The position numbers were made by a program, and so were the translations under genes. From Bugula neritina (taxonomy: Eukaryota; Animalia; Bryozoa): a stretch of 64,000 bases of DNA. The stretch covers positions 14,952,698 to 15,016,697 of the forward strand of contig OZ037765.1 of assembly GCA_964035545.1 (NCBI GenBank), written 5' to 3'. Below the pieces are notes generated by a model. The model did no database searches and had not been told where the DNA came from. It worked only from the letters and a program-made list of their open reading frames with translations. Positions 1 to 13,885 of this stretch are shown here, one piece after another (the first letter of the stretch is position 1; every line of letters starts with the position of its first letter).

Positions 1-3000
1 TGAACTATACTGCAACATACTGAAATATACTGCAACGTATTGAAGTATATTGTAATATACGGACATCTACTGTAACATACTGAAACATACTTAAACATAC
101 TGAAATATACTTCAACATACTGAAATATACTGCAACATACTGCAACATACTGAAATACACTGTAACATACTGAAACACACTGCAACACATCGGAATAAAC
201 TGCAACATACCTAAATATACGGTAATATACTGAAATATACTGTTCACATTGAAAAACACTGCAACATACTGAAATTTGCTGTAGCACTGTGAAATTCACT
301 GCAACCCACTGAAATATAGTGTAATATACGGAAATGTATTTTAACATACTGAAATATACTGTAACACACTGGAATAAACTGCAAAATACTGAAATATACT
401 GTAACATACTGAAACATACTGCAACATACCGAAATATACTGTAACATTCTGAAATATACTGCAAGATACTGCAATATACTGAAATACACTGTAACATACT
501 GAAATACACTGCAACATACTGCAACATACTGACATACACTGGAACATACTGAAATACACTGCAACATACTAGAACATACTGAAATACATTGTAACCTACT
601 GAAATATGCTGTAGCACACTGAAATATACTGCAACATACTGAAATATAATGCAAGTTACTACAACATACTGAAATACACTGTGATATACTGAAATACACT
701 GCAACATACTGCAACATACTGCAACATACTGAAATACACTGTAACATATTGAAATACACTGCAACATACTGCAACATACTGCAACACACTGAAACATACG
801 GCAACACACTCACATGTACAGCGACACATTGAAATATACTGCAACATACTGAAATATGCTGTAGCATACTGAAATACACTGCAACACACTGGAATATACG
901 GCAACATACTGCAACATACTGAAATACACTGTAACATACTGAAATACACTGCAACATACTGCAACATACTGAAATACACTGGAACATATTGAAACACACT
1001 ACAACACATTGAAATATACTGCAACACACTGAAACATACAGCAACATACTGAAATATACTGCGACACATTGAAATATACTGCAACATACTGAAATATGCT
1101 GTAGCATACTGTAATATACTGTAACACACTGTAATATACTGCAACATACTGCAACATACTGACATACACTGGAACATACTGAAATACACTCCAATATACT
1201 ACAACATACTGAAATACACTGCAACCTACTGAAATATGCTGTAGCACACCGAAATATACTGCAACATACTGAAATATAATGCAAGTTACTACAACATACT
1301 GAAATACACTGTGACATACTGAGATACACTGCAACATACTGCAACATACTGCAACATACCGAATTACACTGTAACAAACTGAAATACACTCCAACATACT
1401 ACAACATACTGAAATACACTGTAACATATTGAAATACATCGCAACACATTGAAATATACTGCAACACACTGAAATATACTGTAACACACTGTAATATACT
1501 GCAACATACTGCAACATACTGACATACACTGGAACATACTAAAATACATGCCAACATACTACAACATACTGAAATACACTGTAACCTACTGAAATATGCT
1601 GTAGCACACTGAAATATACTGCAACATACTGAAATATAATGCAAATTACTACAACATACTGAAATACACTGTGACATACTGAGTTACACTGCAATACCTT
1701 GAAATATAGTGCAACACACTGAAAGATACGGCAACATACTGAAATATACTGCGACACATTGAAATATACTGCAGCATACTGAAATATGCTGTAGCATACT
1801 GAAATATACTGTAACACACTGAAATATACTGCAACATACTGAAATACATTCTAACATACTGAAATATACTGCAACATACTGAAATACACTGTAACACACT
1901 GAAATATACTGCAACATACTGCAACATACTGAAATACACTGTAACATACTGAAATACACTGCAACATACTGCAACATACTGAAATACACTGGAACATATT
2001 GAAACACACTACAACACATTGAAATATACTGCAACACACTGAAACATACAGCAACATACTGAAATATACTGCGACACATTGAAATATACTGCAACATAGC
2101 TAAATATAATGCAAGATACCTCAACATTCTGAAATACACTGTGACATACTGAAATACACTGCAACATACTTCAACATACTGCAACATACTGCAACATACT
2201 GAAATACACTGTAACATATTGAAGTGCACTGCAACACATTGAAACATACTGCAACAAACTGAAACATACGACAACATACTGAAATATACTGCAACACATT
2301 GAAATATACTGCAACATAGTCAAATATAATGCAAGATACTGTAACATTCTGAAACACACTGTGAGATACTGAAATACACTGCAACATACTGCAACATACT
2401 GCAACATACTGCAACATACTGAAATACACTGTAACATATTGAAGTACACTGCAACACATTGAAATATACTGCAACACACTGAAACATACTGCAACATACT
2501 GAAATATACTGCAACATATCGAAGTATATCGTAATATACGGACATGCACTGTAACATACTGAAACATACTGAAACATACCGAAATATACTTCAACATACT
2601 AAAATATACTGCAACATACTGCAACATACTGAAATACACTGTAACATACTGAAATACACTGCAACACATCGGAATAAATTGCAACATACCTAAATATACG
2701 GAAATATACTGAAACATACTGCTCACATTGAAAAACACTGCAACATACTGAAATTTGCTGTAGCACAATGAAATTCACTTCAACCCACTGAAATATAGTG
2801 TAATATACGGAAATGTACTTTAACATACTGAAATATACTGCAACACATTGACATATACTGCAACACACTGAAACATACGGCAACATATTGAATTATACTG
2901 CAACACATTGAAACATACTGCAACACACTGAAACATACGGCAACATACTGAAATATACTGCAACATACTGCAACGTACTGAAATACACTGTAAAGTACTG

Positions 3001-6000
3001 AAATACACAGCAACATACTGCAACATACTGCAACATACTGAAATAAGCTGTAACATATTGAATTACACTGCAACACATTGAAATATACTGCAACACACTG
3101 AAACATACGGCAACATACTGAAATATACTGCAACACACTGAAACATACGGCAACATAGTGAAATATACTGCAAAACATTGAAATATACTGCTACATACTG
3201 AAACATGCTGTAGCATACTGAAATACACTGCAACACACTGAAGTATACTGTAATATACAGAAATGTACTGTAACATACTGAAACATACGTCAACATACTG
3301 AAATGTACTCCAACATGCTGAACTATACTGCAACATACTGAAATACACTCTAATATACTGAATTAAACTGCAACACATTGTAATATACTGCAACATACTG
3401 AATCATACGGCAACATACTGAAATATACTGCAACACATTGAAATATACTGCAACATATTGAAATATGCTGTAGCACCCTGAAATTCACTGCAACTTACTG
3501 AAATATAGTGTAATATACGGAATTGTACTGTAACCTACTGAAATATACTGTAACACACTGAAATATGCAGTCACATACTGAAATATACTGTAAATTACTA
3601 GAATTATACTGCAACATACTGCAACATACTGAAATACACTGTAACCTACTGATATACACTGCAATATAGTACAACATACTGAAATACACTGTAACATATT
3701 GAAATACGCTGCAACACATTGAAATATACTGCAACCTACCGAAATATATGGTAAACTGCTGAAATATACCGTAACACATCAAAAAATACTGCAACATACT
3801 GAAATATACTGTAACACACTGAAATATACTGCAACTTACTGAAATACATTGTAACATACTGAAATATACTGCAACATACTGCAACATACTGAAATACACT
3901 GTAACATACTGATATACACTGCTATATACTACAACATACTGAAATACACTGTAACATATTGAAATACGCTGCAAAACATTGAAATATACTGCAACATACC
4001 GAACTATATAGTAAACTACTGAAATATACTGTAACACATCGAAAAATACTGCAACATACTGAAATACATTGTAACATACTGCAACATTCTGAAATACACT
4101 GTGACATATTGAAATACACTGCAACATACTGCAACATACTGCAACATACTACAACATACTGAAATACACTGTAACATATTGAAGTGCACTGCAACACATT
4201 GAAATATACTGCAACACACTGAAACATACAGCAACATACTGAAGTATACTGCAACACATTGAGAAATACTGCAACATACCGAAATATATGGTAAACTACT
4301 GAAATATACTGTAACACATTGAAAAAAACTGCAACATACTGAAATATACTGTAACACACTGAAATATACTGCAAAATACTGAAATACACTGTAACATACT
4401 GAAATACACTGTAACACACTGAAATATACTGCAACACACTGCAATATACTGAAACACGCTGTAACATACTGAAATACACTGCAACATACTACAACATATT
4501 GAAATACACTGCAACACATTGAAATATACTGCAACACAATGAAACATACGGCAACATACTGAAACATAGTGCGACACATTGAAATATACTGCAACATACT
4601 GAAACATGCTGTAGCATACTGAAATACACTGCAACACATTGAAGTATACTGTAATATACAGAAATGTACTGTAACATACAGAAACATACGTCAACATACT
4701 GAAATGTACTGCAACATGCTGAACTATACTGCAACATACTGAAATACACTGTAATATACTGAATTAAACTGCAACATACTGCAACATACTGAAATAAGCT
4801 GTAGCATACTGAAATACATTGCAGCACACTGAAGCGTCCTGCAATATGCGGAAACGTACTGCAACATACTGAAATATACCGCAACAAACCGAAATTTATG
4901 GTATACTGAAATATGTTGCAAACTAGTAAAATGTACTGCAACATACCGAAAATAACTGCAACTGTGCAATATAATGAAATATACTGCAAAAATACTGAAA
5001 TATACTGCAACAATTTGAAAGTTACTGTTTGATACTGACATATACTGAAACACATTGAAACATACTGCAAGATACTGCAACATACTGAAATACACTATAA
5101 CATACTGAAATACACTGCAACATACTGCAACATACTGCAACATACTGCAACATACTGAAATACACTGTAACATATTGAAGTACACTGCAATACATTGAAA
5201 TTTACTGCACCACACTGAAACATACAGCAACATACTGAAATACACTGTGACATACTGAAATACACTGCAACATACTGCAACATACTGCAACATACTGCAA
5301 CATACTGAAATACACTGTAACATATTGAAATACACTGCAACGCATTGAAATATACTGCAACACAATGAAACATACGGCAACATACTGAAACATAGTGCGA
5401 CACATTGAAATATACTGCAACATACTGAAACATGCTGTAGCATACTGAAATACACTGCAACACATTGAAGTATACTGTAATATACAGAAATGTACTGTAA
5501 CATACTGAAACATACGTCAACATACTGAAATGTACTGCAACATGCTGAACTATACTGCAACATACTGAAATATACTGCAACGTATCGAAGTATATTGTAA
5601 TATACGGACATCTACTGTAACATACTGAAACATACTTAAACATACTGAAATATACTTCACCATACTGAAATATACTGCAACATACTGCAACATACTGAAA
5701 TACACTGGAACATACTGAAATACACTGCAACATACTACAACATACTGAAATACACTGGAACATACTGAAATACACTGCAAAACATTGAAATATACTGCAA
5801 CATACCGAAATATATAGTAATCTACTGAAATATACTGTAACACATCGAAAAATACTGCAACATACTGAAATATACAGTAACACACTGAAATATACTGCAA
5901 CATACCGAAATACATTGTAACATACTGAAATATACTGCAACATACTGCAACATACTGAAATACACTGTAACATGCTGAAATACACTGCAACATACTGCAA

Positions 6001-9000
6001 CATACTGAAATACATTGGAACATATTGAAACACACTACAACACATTGAAATATACTGCAACACACTGAAACATACAGCAACATACTGAAATATACTGCGA
6101 CACATTGAAATATACTGCAACATAGTTAACTATAATGCAAGATACTGCAACATTCTGAAATACACTGTGACATATTAAAATACACTGCAACATACTGCAA
6201 CATACTGCAACATACTACAACATACTGAAATACACTGTAACATATTGAAGTGCGCTGCAACACATTGAAATGTACTGCAACACACTGAAACATACGGCAA
6301 CATGCTGAACTATACTGCAACATACTGAAATACACTGTAATATACTGAATTAAACTGCAACACATTGTAATATACTGCAACATACTGAATCATACGGCAA
6401 CATACTGAAATATACTGCAACACATTGAAATATACTGCAACATATTGAAATATGCTGTAGCACCCTGAAATTCACTGCAACTTACTGAAATATAGTGTAA
6501 TATACGGAATTGTACTGTAACCTACTGAAATATACTGTAACACACTGAAATATGCAGTCACATACTGAAATATACTGTAAATTACTAGAATTATACTGCA
6601 ACATACTGCAACATACTGAAATACACTGTAACCTACTGATATACACTGCAATATAGTACAACATACTGAAATACACTGTAACATATTGAAATACGCTGCA
6701 ACACATTGAAACATACTGCAACAAACTGAAACATACGACAACATACTGACATATACTGCAACACATTGAAATATACTGCAACATAGTCAAATATAATGCA
6801 AGATACTGTAACATTCTGAAACACACTGTGAGATACTGAAACACACTGCAACATACTGCAACATACTGCAACATACTGCAACATACTGAAATACACTGTA
6901 ACATATTGAAGTACACTGCAACACATTGAAATATACTGCAACACACTGAAACATACTGCAACATACTGAAATATACTGCAACATATCGAAGTATATCGTA
7001 ATATACGGACATGCACTGTAACATACTGAAACATACTGAAACATACCGAAATATACTTCAACATACTAAAATATACTGCAACATACTGCAACATACCGAA
7101 ATACACTGTAACATACTGAAATACACTGCAACACATCGGAATAAATTGCAACATACCTAAATATACGGAAATATACTGAAACATACTGCTCACATTGAAA
7201 AACACTGCAACATACTGAAATTTGCTGTAGCACAATGAAATTCACTGCAACCCACTGAAATATAGTGTAATATACGGAAATGTACTTTAACATACTGAAA
7301 TATACTGCAACACATTGACATATACTGCAACACACTGAAACATACGGCAACATATTGAAATATACTGCAACACATTGAAACATACTGCAACACACTGAAA
7401 CATACGGCAACATACTGAAATATACTGCAACATACTGCAACGTACTGAAATACACTGTAAGGTACTGAAATACACAGCAACATACTGCAACATACTGCAA
7501 CATACTGAAATAAGCTGTAACATATTGAATTACACTGCAACACATTGAAATATACTGCAACACACTGAAACATACGGCAACATACTGAAATATACTGCAA
7601 CACACTGAAACATACGGCAACATAGTGAAATATACTGCAAAACATTGAAATATACTGCTACATACTGAAACATGCTGTAGCATACTGAAATACACTGCAA
7701 CACACTGAAGTATACTGTAATATACAGAAATGTACTGTAACATACTGAAACATACGTCAACATACTGAAATGTACTCCAACATGCTGAACTATACTGCAA
7801 CATACTGAAATACACTCTAATATACTGAATTAAACTGCAACACATTGTAATATACTGCAACATACTGAATCATACGGCAACATACTGAAATATACTGCAA
7901 CACATTGAAATATACTGCAACATACTGAAATATGCTGTAGCACCCTGAAATTCACTGCAACTTACTGAAATATAGTGTAATATACGGAATTGTACTGTAA
8001 CCTACTGAAATATACTGTAACACACTGAAATATGCAGTCACATACTGAAATATACTGTAAATTACTAGAATTATACTGCAACATACTGCAACATACTGAA
8101 ATACACTGTAACCTACTGATATACACTGCAATATAGTACAACATACTGAAATGCACTGTAACATATTGAAATACGCTGCAACACATTGAAATATACTGCA
8201 ACCTACCGAAATATATGGTAAACTGCTGAAATATACCGTAACACATCAAAAAATACTGCAACATACTGAAATATACTGTAACACACTGAAATATACTGCA
8301 ACTTACTGAAATACATTGTAACATACTGAAATATACTGCAACATACTGCAACATACTGAAATACACTGTAACATACTGATATACACTGCTATATACTACA
8401 ACATACTGAAATACACTGTAACATATTGAAATACGCTGCAAAACATTGAAATATACTGCAACATACCGAACTATATAGTAAACTACTGAAATATACTGTA
8501 ACACATCGAAAAATACTGCAACATACTGAAATACATTGTAACATACTGCAACATTCTGAAATACACTGTGACATATTGAAATACACTGCAACATACTGCA
8601 ACATACTGCAACATACTACAACATACTGAAATACACTGTAACATATTGAAGTGCACTGCAACACATTGAAATATACTGCAACACACTGAAACATACAGCA
8701 ACATACTGAAGTATACTGCAACACATTGAGAAATACTGCAACATACCGAAATATATGGTAAACTACTGAAATATACTGTAACACATTGAAAAAAACTGCA
8801 ACATACTGAAATATACTGTAACACACTGAAATATACTGCAAAATACTGAAATACACTGTAACATACTGAAATACACTGTAACACACTGAAATATACTGCA
8901 ACACACTGCAATATACTGAAACACGCTGTAACATACTGAAATACACTGCAACATACTACAACATATTGAAATACACTGCAACACATTGAAATATACTGCA

Positions 9001-9646
9001 ACACAATGAAACATACGGCAACATACTGAAACATAGTGCGACACATTGAAATATACTGCAACATACTGAAACATACTGAAATACACTGTAACATATTGAA
9101 GTACACTGCAATACATTGAAATTTACTGCACCACACTGAAACATACAGCAACATACTGAAATACACTGTGACATACTGAAATACACTGCAACATACTGCA
9201 ACATACTGCAACATACTGCAACATACTGAAATACACTGTAACATATTGAAATACACTGCAACGCATTGAAATATACTGCAACACAATGAAACATACGGCA
9301 ACATACTGAAACATAGTGCGACACATTGAAATATACTGCAACATACTGAAACATGCTGTAGCATACTGAAATACACTGCAACACATTGAAGTATACTGTA
9401 ATATACAGAAATGTACTGTAACATACTGAAACATACGTCAACATACTGAAATGTACTGCAACATGCTGAACTATACTGCAACATACTGAAATATACTGCA
9501 ACGTATCGAAGTATATTGTAATATACGGACATCTACTGTAACATACTGAAACATACTTAAACATACTGAAATATACTTCAACATACTGAAATATACTGCA
9601 ACATACTGCAACACACTGAAATACACTGGAACATACTGAAATACAC
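1..9646. repeat. 10-bp-monomer satellite array, segment 1 (extends beyond window start)
   Basis: Continuous tandem decamers (CATACTGCAA, CATACTGAAA, TATACTGCAA, TACACTGTAA, CACATTGAAA). The 10-bp register is visible in the 10-nt blocks and is broken only by occasional small indels. Confidence 0.99.
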
Positions 9647-9970
9647 CACAGTTGGTTTAAGGTCATACTTTTCATTTTCTGGCTCTTTGCCAGGTGCTTT
9701 ATGTTCTATATGAACAATGTTCCACTGATAGCTCGAACAGGTTGAATGTCACAAGAACAAAAAAAATATGAAAAGATAAAGAAACTTATGTTCTCCAATA
9801 TACTTTTTTATTTTTTTCAAAAGCCAATTCATGTTTAAGTTATAGCTTGTTGAAAAACATAGTCCCCCTTCCACATTCTTTTCAATTTATACGCTCCTGA
9901 CTTGTTATTGTGTCTCAATATGCCTTGTATTTGAGTGCTTGTTAGTCTCGCTTCACTAACTTTGCCTATA

Positions 9971-12530
9971 CACAGTTAGTTTAAGGTCATTACTTTCCAG
10001 ATTCAAGCACTGCTTTATGTTATATATAAACGGTTTCCAGGGGATAGCTCGAACAGTTTTTGTCTCACATTAACAAATTTTACATGAAAAGATAGCTCTT
10101 GCATTCCTCTTTCATATACTTTTTTAATTTTTCAATAAAAATTTTTCTGAGAAAGTTGTTGCATAATAAGTAAAATTTTATACCCTCCATGTTCCACTGC
10201 TGTAGCACAGGGGATTCATTTTATAAAGTCTAAAAGTTAAACTTGACATTCCTTGATATGTTTTCTCTAATATACTTTCTTTGTTTTTTGAAATTCTGTT
10301 TATGCTCTTCACAATTTGGTAAAAACATACACCATTTTGCAAGTTTCACTGCAATTTTCTAAATTCTTCATATGGTGGTTCTAGCTACGCTCCTGTGACT
10401 AATTATAACATTCCTAGTACGTTTGCCGCTCTGCGCTATCACAATAACATATAGTACCCTCTCGCACAAATTGGCAATCTATTGGATTTCTGCCAAGATA
10501 ATGTTCCCTGTTTTACATTAGCACTTAGCTGAATCATCTCACTATGTTACAATAATATATTGAAAATGCCTCAGCACAACATAATTCTTTGTTTGGCAGA
10601 GTTAATTTCAGCTAAATCACTTCACTTTGCAGTCTTGTCAGTAAAGGTCTGTCTATAGCACCGCAGGTGTACTTTCAGTTTCTCTAATTCACATATGATT
10701 ATTTTAAGTACATTGTATTCTATAAGATCAATTTAAGGTTTAGTCCAGCGTTCAGTATCTAATTATTATGCATGTATGTTGTCTTACTGTTGAACAAAAG
10801 TTAAAAAAAAAACTTTACACTTATAGCCATATTTATTATACATGCGGAGGATTTGCATAAATTGACAAAAAAAATTGCAACAAAACAAGGTTGAACCATG
10901 ACCATCCAACTCGTCGCTGACGCCTCTAACCTCTGGACCACGCAGTCATCGTTAATGAAACGCGCACTATATGAGTCACTATCATTACATAAATATTTCG
11001 CGCGCAAACGGGTTATAATTATTAGGCTGTCAATTCATGTTGATAGCAGTCAACTGTTGCAATAGTCTCGGGTTACTAGCAAAGCTAATGGTTTTGAACA
11101 AATAACCCAAAAGTTTAAAAATAAGTAGCTTGCGTATTACTAGCTACAAAAACAGGTCTGAAATAGACTGGTAAAGCAAGCTCTTATTGTAGAGTTTGCA
11201 GATGTGCTCTAAAATAAAACTTAAACTGTATGCTATTACATAAGTATTTGTATGCGAGAGATAAATGGACATTACTGAGTTTCTGGAAAACAACATACTT
11301 GAAGTTAACTTTGACAATGGTGTGTTATTTTCATCATAGCTAGCCTATAGCATAAATCTCTAATCATATGAATCTTTATGAAGCCCACAGCTTATGTAAG
11401 GGTGGCAATGTAATTTGAAATGAACAATTATGTTGCTGCATTGTGTCTAAGGTATATTAGAGAGCAGAATTTGGTTTTACTAGCCTACCCCAACGGCATT
11501 CTACAATGCAGCTTATATGCTGGCAGTTGTAATAAGTACTGCCAATAGCAAGGTTACTATCACTGCTAGCTCTGTGCAGTATGTAACCTCTTGAATAATT
11601 GCGCCAATTTTAAACTCTTGGAAGTTGGCCAAGTTATCATATCGCAGCCAGCCACCGGAGACAAAGCATCAGAGCTATTCATATAATATTATACTGACGC
11701 ACTTGGTAGCAGAGTGGCTAATCTAATATAGTTCATAGTTCAACACCCTTTACTTTGGGAATACAGCCTCTTTTTTTAGGTTTACCTTACAAAGCATGAA
11801 AATATCTAAACTGATATTCTGATAATTTAGAGGTACATTTTGAAAACTAGGTTAATTGCACTTGTTTGCACAACAACAATAATAAAATAGATATTATGCA
11901 GTATAATAAAAACACACATAATACTATATAATATATTATAATGATAATAATATAATATTATAAGTACCATTACTGCATTTTATAAATCACATGGTTGCCA
12001 AAAAAATGTATCACAAATTTTGTAATTATACATCAAAAATAGAACTAGCTAGGCAGCAGGTTAGAATAGAGTAAATTTTTAAAACATGAAATCATGATTT
12101 GACTATTGTTTTATTTAGGCCAACCAACCTAGGAATACAAGATTGGGTTTTAGCTGACAGTTTATAACATTTAGCTTTTGAGCCAGCAGCACTGGCACTT
12201 GTGAAGTATAGGCGAAGTTAGTGAAGCGAGACTAACAAGCACTCAAATACAAGGCATATTGAGACACAATAACAAGTCAGGAGCGTATAAATTGAAAAGA
12301 ATGTGGAAGGGGGACTATGTTTTTCAACAAGCTATAACTTAAACATGAATTGGCTTTTGAAAAAAATAAAAAAGTATATTGGAGAACATAAATTTCTTTA
12401 TCTTTTCATATTTTTTTTGTTCCTGTGACATTCAACCTGTTCGAGCTATCAGTGGAACATTGTTCATATAGAACATAAAGCACCTGGCAAAGAGCCAGAA
12501 AATGAAAAGTATGACCTTAAACCAACTGTG
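9971..12530 (-). mobile_element. Second full-length copy (2,560 bp) of the same non-autonomous transposon, nested in inverted orientation inside the outer copy
   Basis: TIRs are CACAGTTAGTTTAAGGTCAT (9971-9990, one substitution at 9978) and ATGACCTTAAACCAACTGTG (12511-12530). The TSD is TA (9969-9970 and 12531-12532). The uninterrupted junction GCCTATACTTCAC is present on the minus strand of this copy at 12201-12213. Confidence 0.95.
10867..10947 (-). promoter_or_regulatory. Degenerate tRNA-derived Pol III cassette, copy in the inner transposon
   Basis: The minus strand reads GACTGCG-TGGTCCAGAGG-N32-GGTTCAACCT...T8, homologous to 13805-13885. Confidence 0.5.
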
Positions 12531-13804
12531 TACTTCACAAGTGCCAGTGCTGCTGGCTCAAAAGCTAAATGTTATAAACTGTCAGCTAAAACCCAATCTT
12601 GTATTCCTAGGTTGGTTGGCCTAAATAAAACAATAGTCAAATCATGATTTCATGTTTTAAAAATTTACTCTATTCTAACCTGCTGCCTAGCTAGTTCTAT
12701 TTTTGATGTATAATTACAAAATTTGTGATACATTTTTTTGGCAACCATGTAATTTATAAAATGCAGTAATGGTACTTATAATATTATATTATTATCACTA
12801 TAATATATTATATAGTATTATGTGTGTTTTTATTATCCTGCATAATATCTAATTTATTATTGTTGTTGTGCAAACAAGTGCAATTAACCTAGTTTTCAAA
12901 ATGTACCTCTAAATTATCAGAATATCAGTTTAGATATTTTCATGCTTTGTAAGGTAAACCTAAAAAAAGAGGCTGTATTCCCAAAGTAAAGGGTGTTGAA
13001 CTATGAACTATATTAGATTAGCCACTCTGCTACCAAGTGCATCAGTATAATATTATATGAATAGCTCTGATGCTTTGTCTCCGGTGGCTGGCTGCGATAT
13101 GATAACTTGGCCAACTTCCAAGAGTTTAAAATTGGCGCAATTATTCAAGAGGTTACATACTGCACAGAGCTAGCAGTGATAGTAACCTTGCTATTGGCAG
13201 TACTTATTACAACTGCCAGCATATAAGCTGCATTGTAGAATGCCGTTGGGGCAGGCTAGTAAAACCAAATTCTGCTCTCTAATATACCTTAGACAAAATG
13301 CAGCAACATAATTTTTAGTTTCAAATTACATTTGCCACCCTTACATGAGCTGTGGGCTTCATAAAGATTCATATGATTAGAGATTTATGCTATAGGCCCT
13401 ATCTGTGCTAGTGTATGATGAAAATAACACACCATTGTCAAAGTTAACTTCAAGTATGTTGTTTTCCAGAAACTCAGTAATGTCCATTTATCTTTCGCAT
13501 ACAAATACTTATGTAATACCATACAGTTTAAATTTTATTTTAGAGCACATCTGCAAACTCTACAATAAGAGCTTGCTTTACCAGTCTATTTCAGACCTGT
13601 TTTTGTAGCTAGTAATACGCAAGCTACTTATTTTTAAACTTTTGGGTTATTTGTTCAAAACCATTAGCTTTGCTAGTAACCCGATACTATTGCAACAGTT
13701 GACTGCTATCAACATGAATTGACAGCCTAATAATTATAACCCTTTTGCGCGCGAAATATTTATGTAATGATAGTTACTCATATAGTGCGCATGTCATTAC
13801 CGAT

Positions 13805-13885
13805 GACTGCGTGGTCTAGAGGTTAGAGGCGTCGGCGAGGAGTTAGTTGGTTATGGTTCAACCCTGTTTTGTTGCAATTTTTTTT
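13805..13885 (+). promoter_or_regulatory. Degenerate tRNA-derived RNA polymerase III cassette (A box, B box, T8 terminator) inside the outer transposon copy
   Basis: A-box-like TGGTCTAGAGG (13812-13822) and B-box-like GGTTCAACCC (13855-13864) are separated by 32 nt, the spacing found in short-variable-arm tRNAs. A T8 run (13878-13885) follows a 72-nt tRNA-length unit. Stems pair poorly, so it is not a functional tRNA. Confidence 0.55.

Larger units (their letters stand above)
9647..12530. repeat. Inverted repeat: arms 9647-9970 and 12207-12530 (324 bp each)
   Basis: Reverse-complement match with about 3 substitutions seen by eye. Confidence 0.95.

Noticed and set aside
361-420. Similarity of the GTAACATACT monomer to the Drosophila 10-bp Prod satellite (AATAACATAG), and scattered CACTGTG heptamers in the array
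   Set aside because: Only a 7-bp overlap in AT-rich sequence and single-base variants of the monomer; both are expected by chance.
1-9646. Possible CRISPR array or other repeat-spacer system
   Set aside because: There are no unique spacers, as all sequence is monomer-derived. There are no cas-like ORFs, and the context (Rex1 LINE, satellite) is eukaryotic.
9647-9666. Transib/ProtoRAG identity suggested by the CACAGT terminus
   Set aside because: Those elements make 5-bp TSDs, whereas both insertions here show 2 bp. No RAG/Transib coding sequence is visible.
9969-12532. Tc1/mariner classification suggested by the TA TSD of the inner copy
   Set aside because: The outer copy of the same family has an AC TSD, verified against empty sites, so the duplication is 2 bp and not TA-specific.
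10801-13608. Short ORFs 10801-11007 (-) and 13405-13608 (+) as transposase remnants
   Set aside because: They are under 70 aa, have no recognisable motifs, and are not preserved as equivalent ORFs in the sister copy.
13805-13876. Functional tRNA gene
   Set aside because: The acceptor and anticodon stems do not pair and the anticodon loop is non-canonical. It is kept only as a degenerate Pol III-like cassette.
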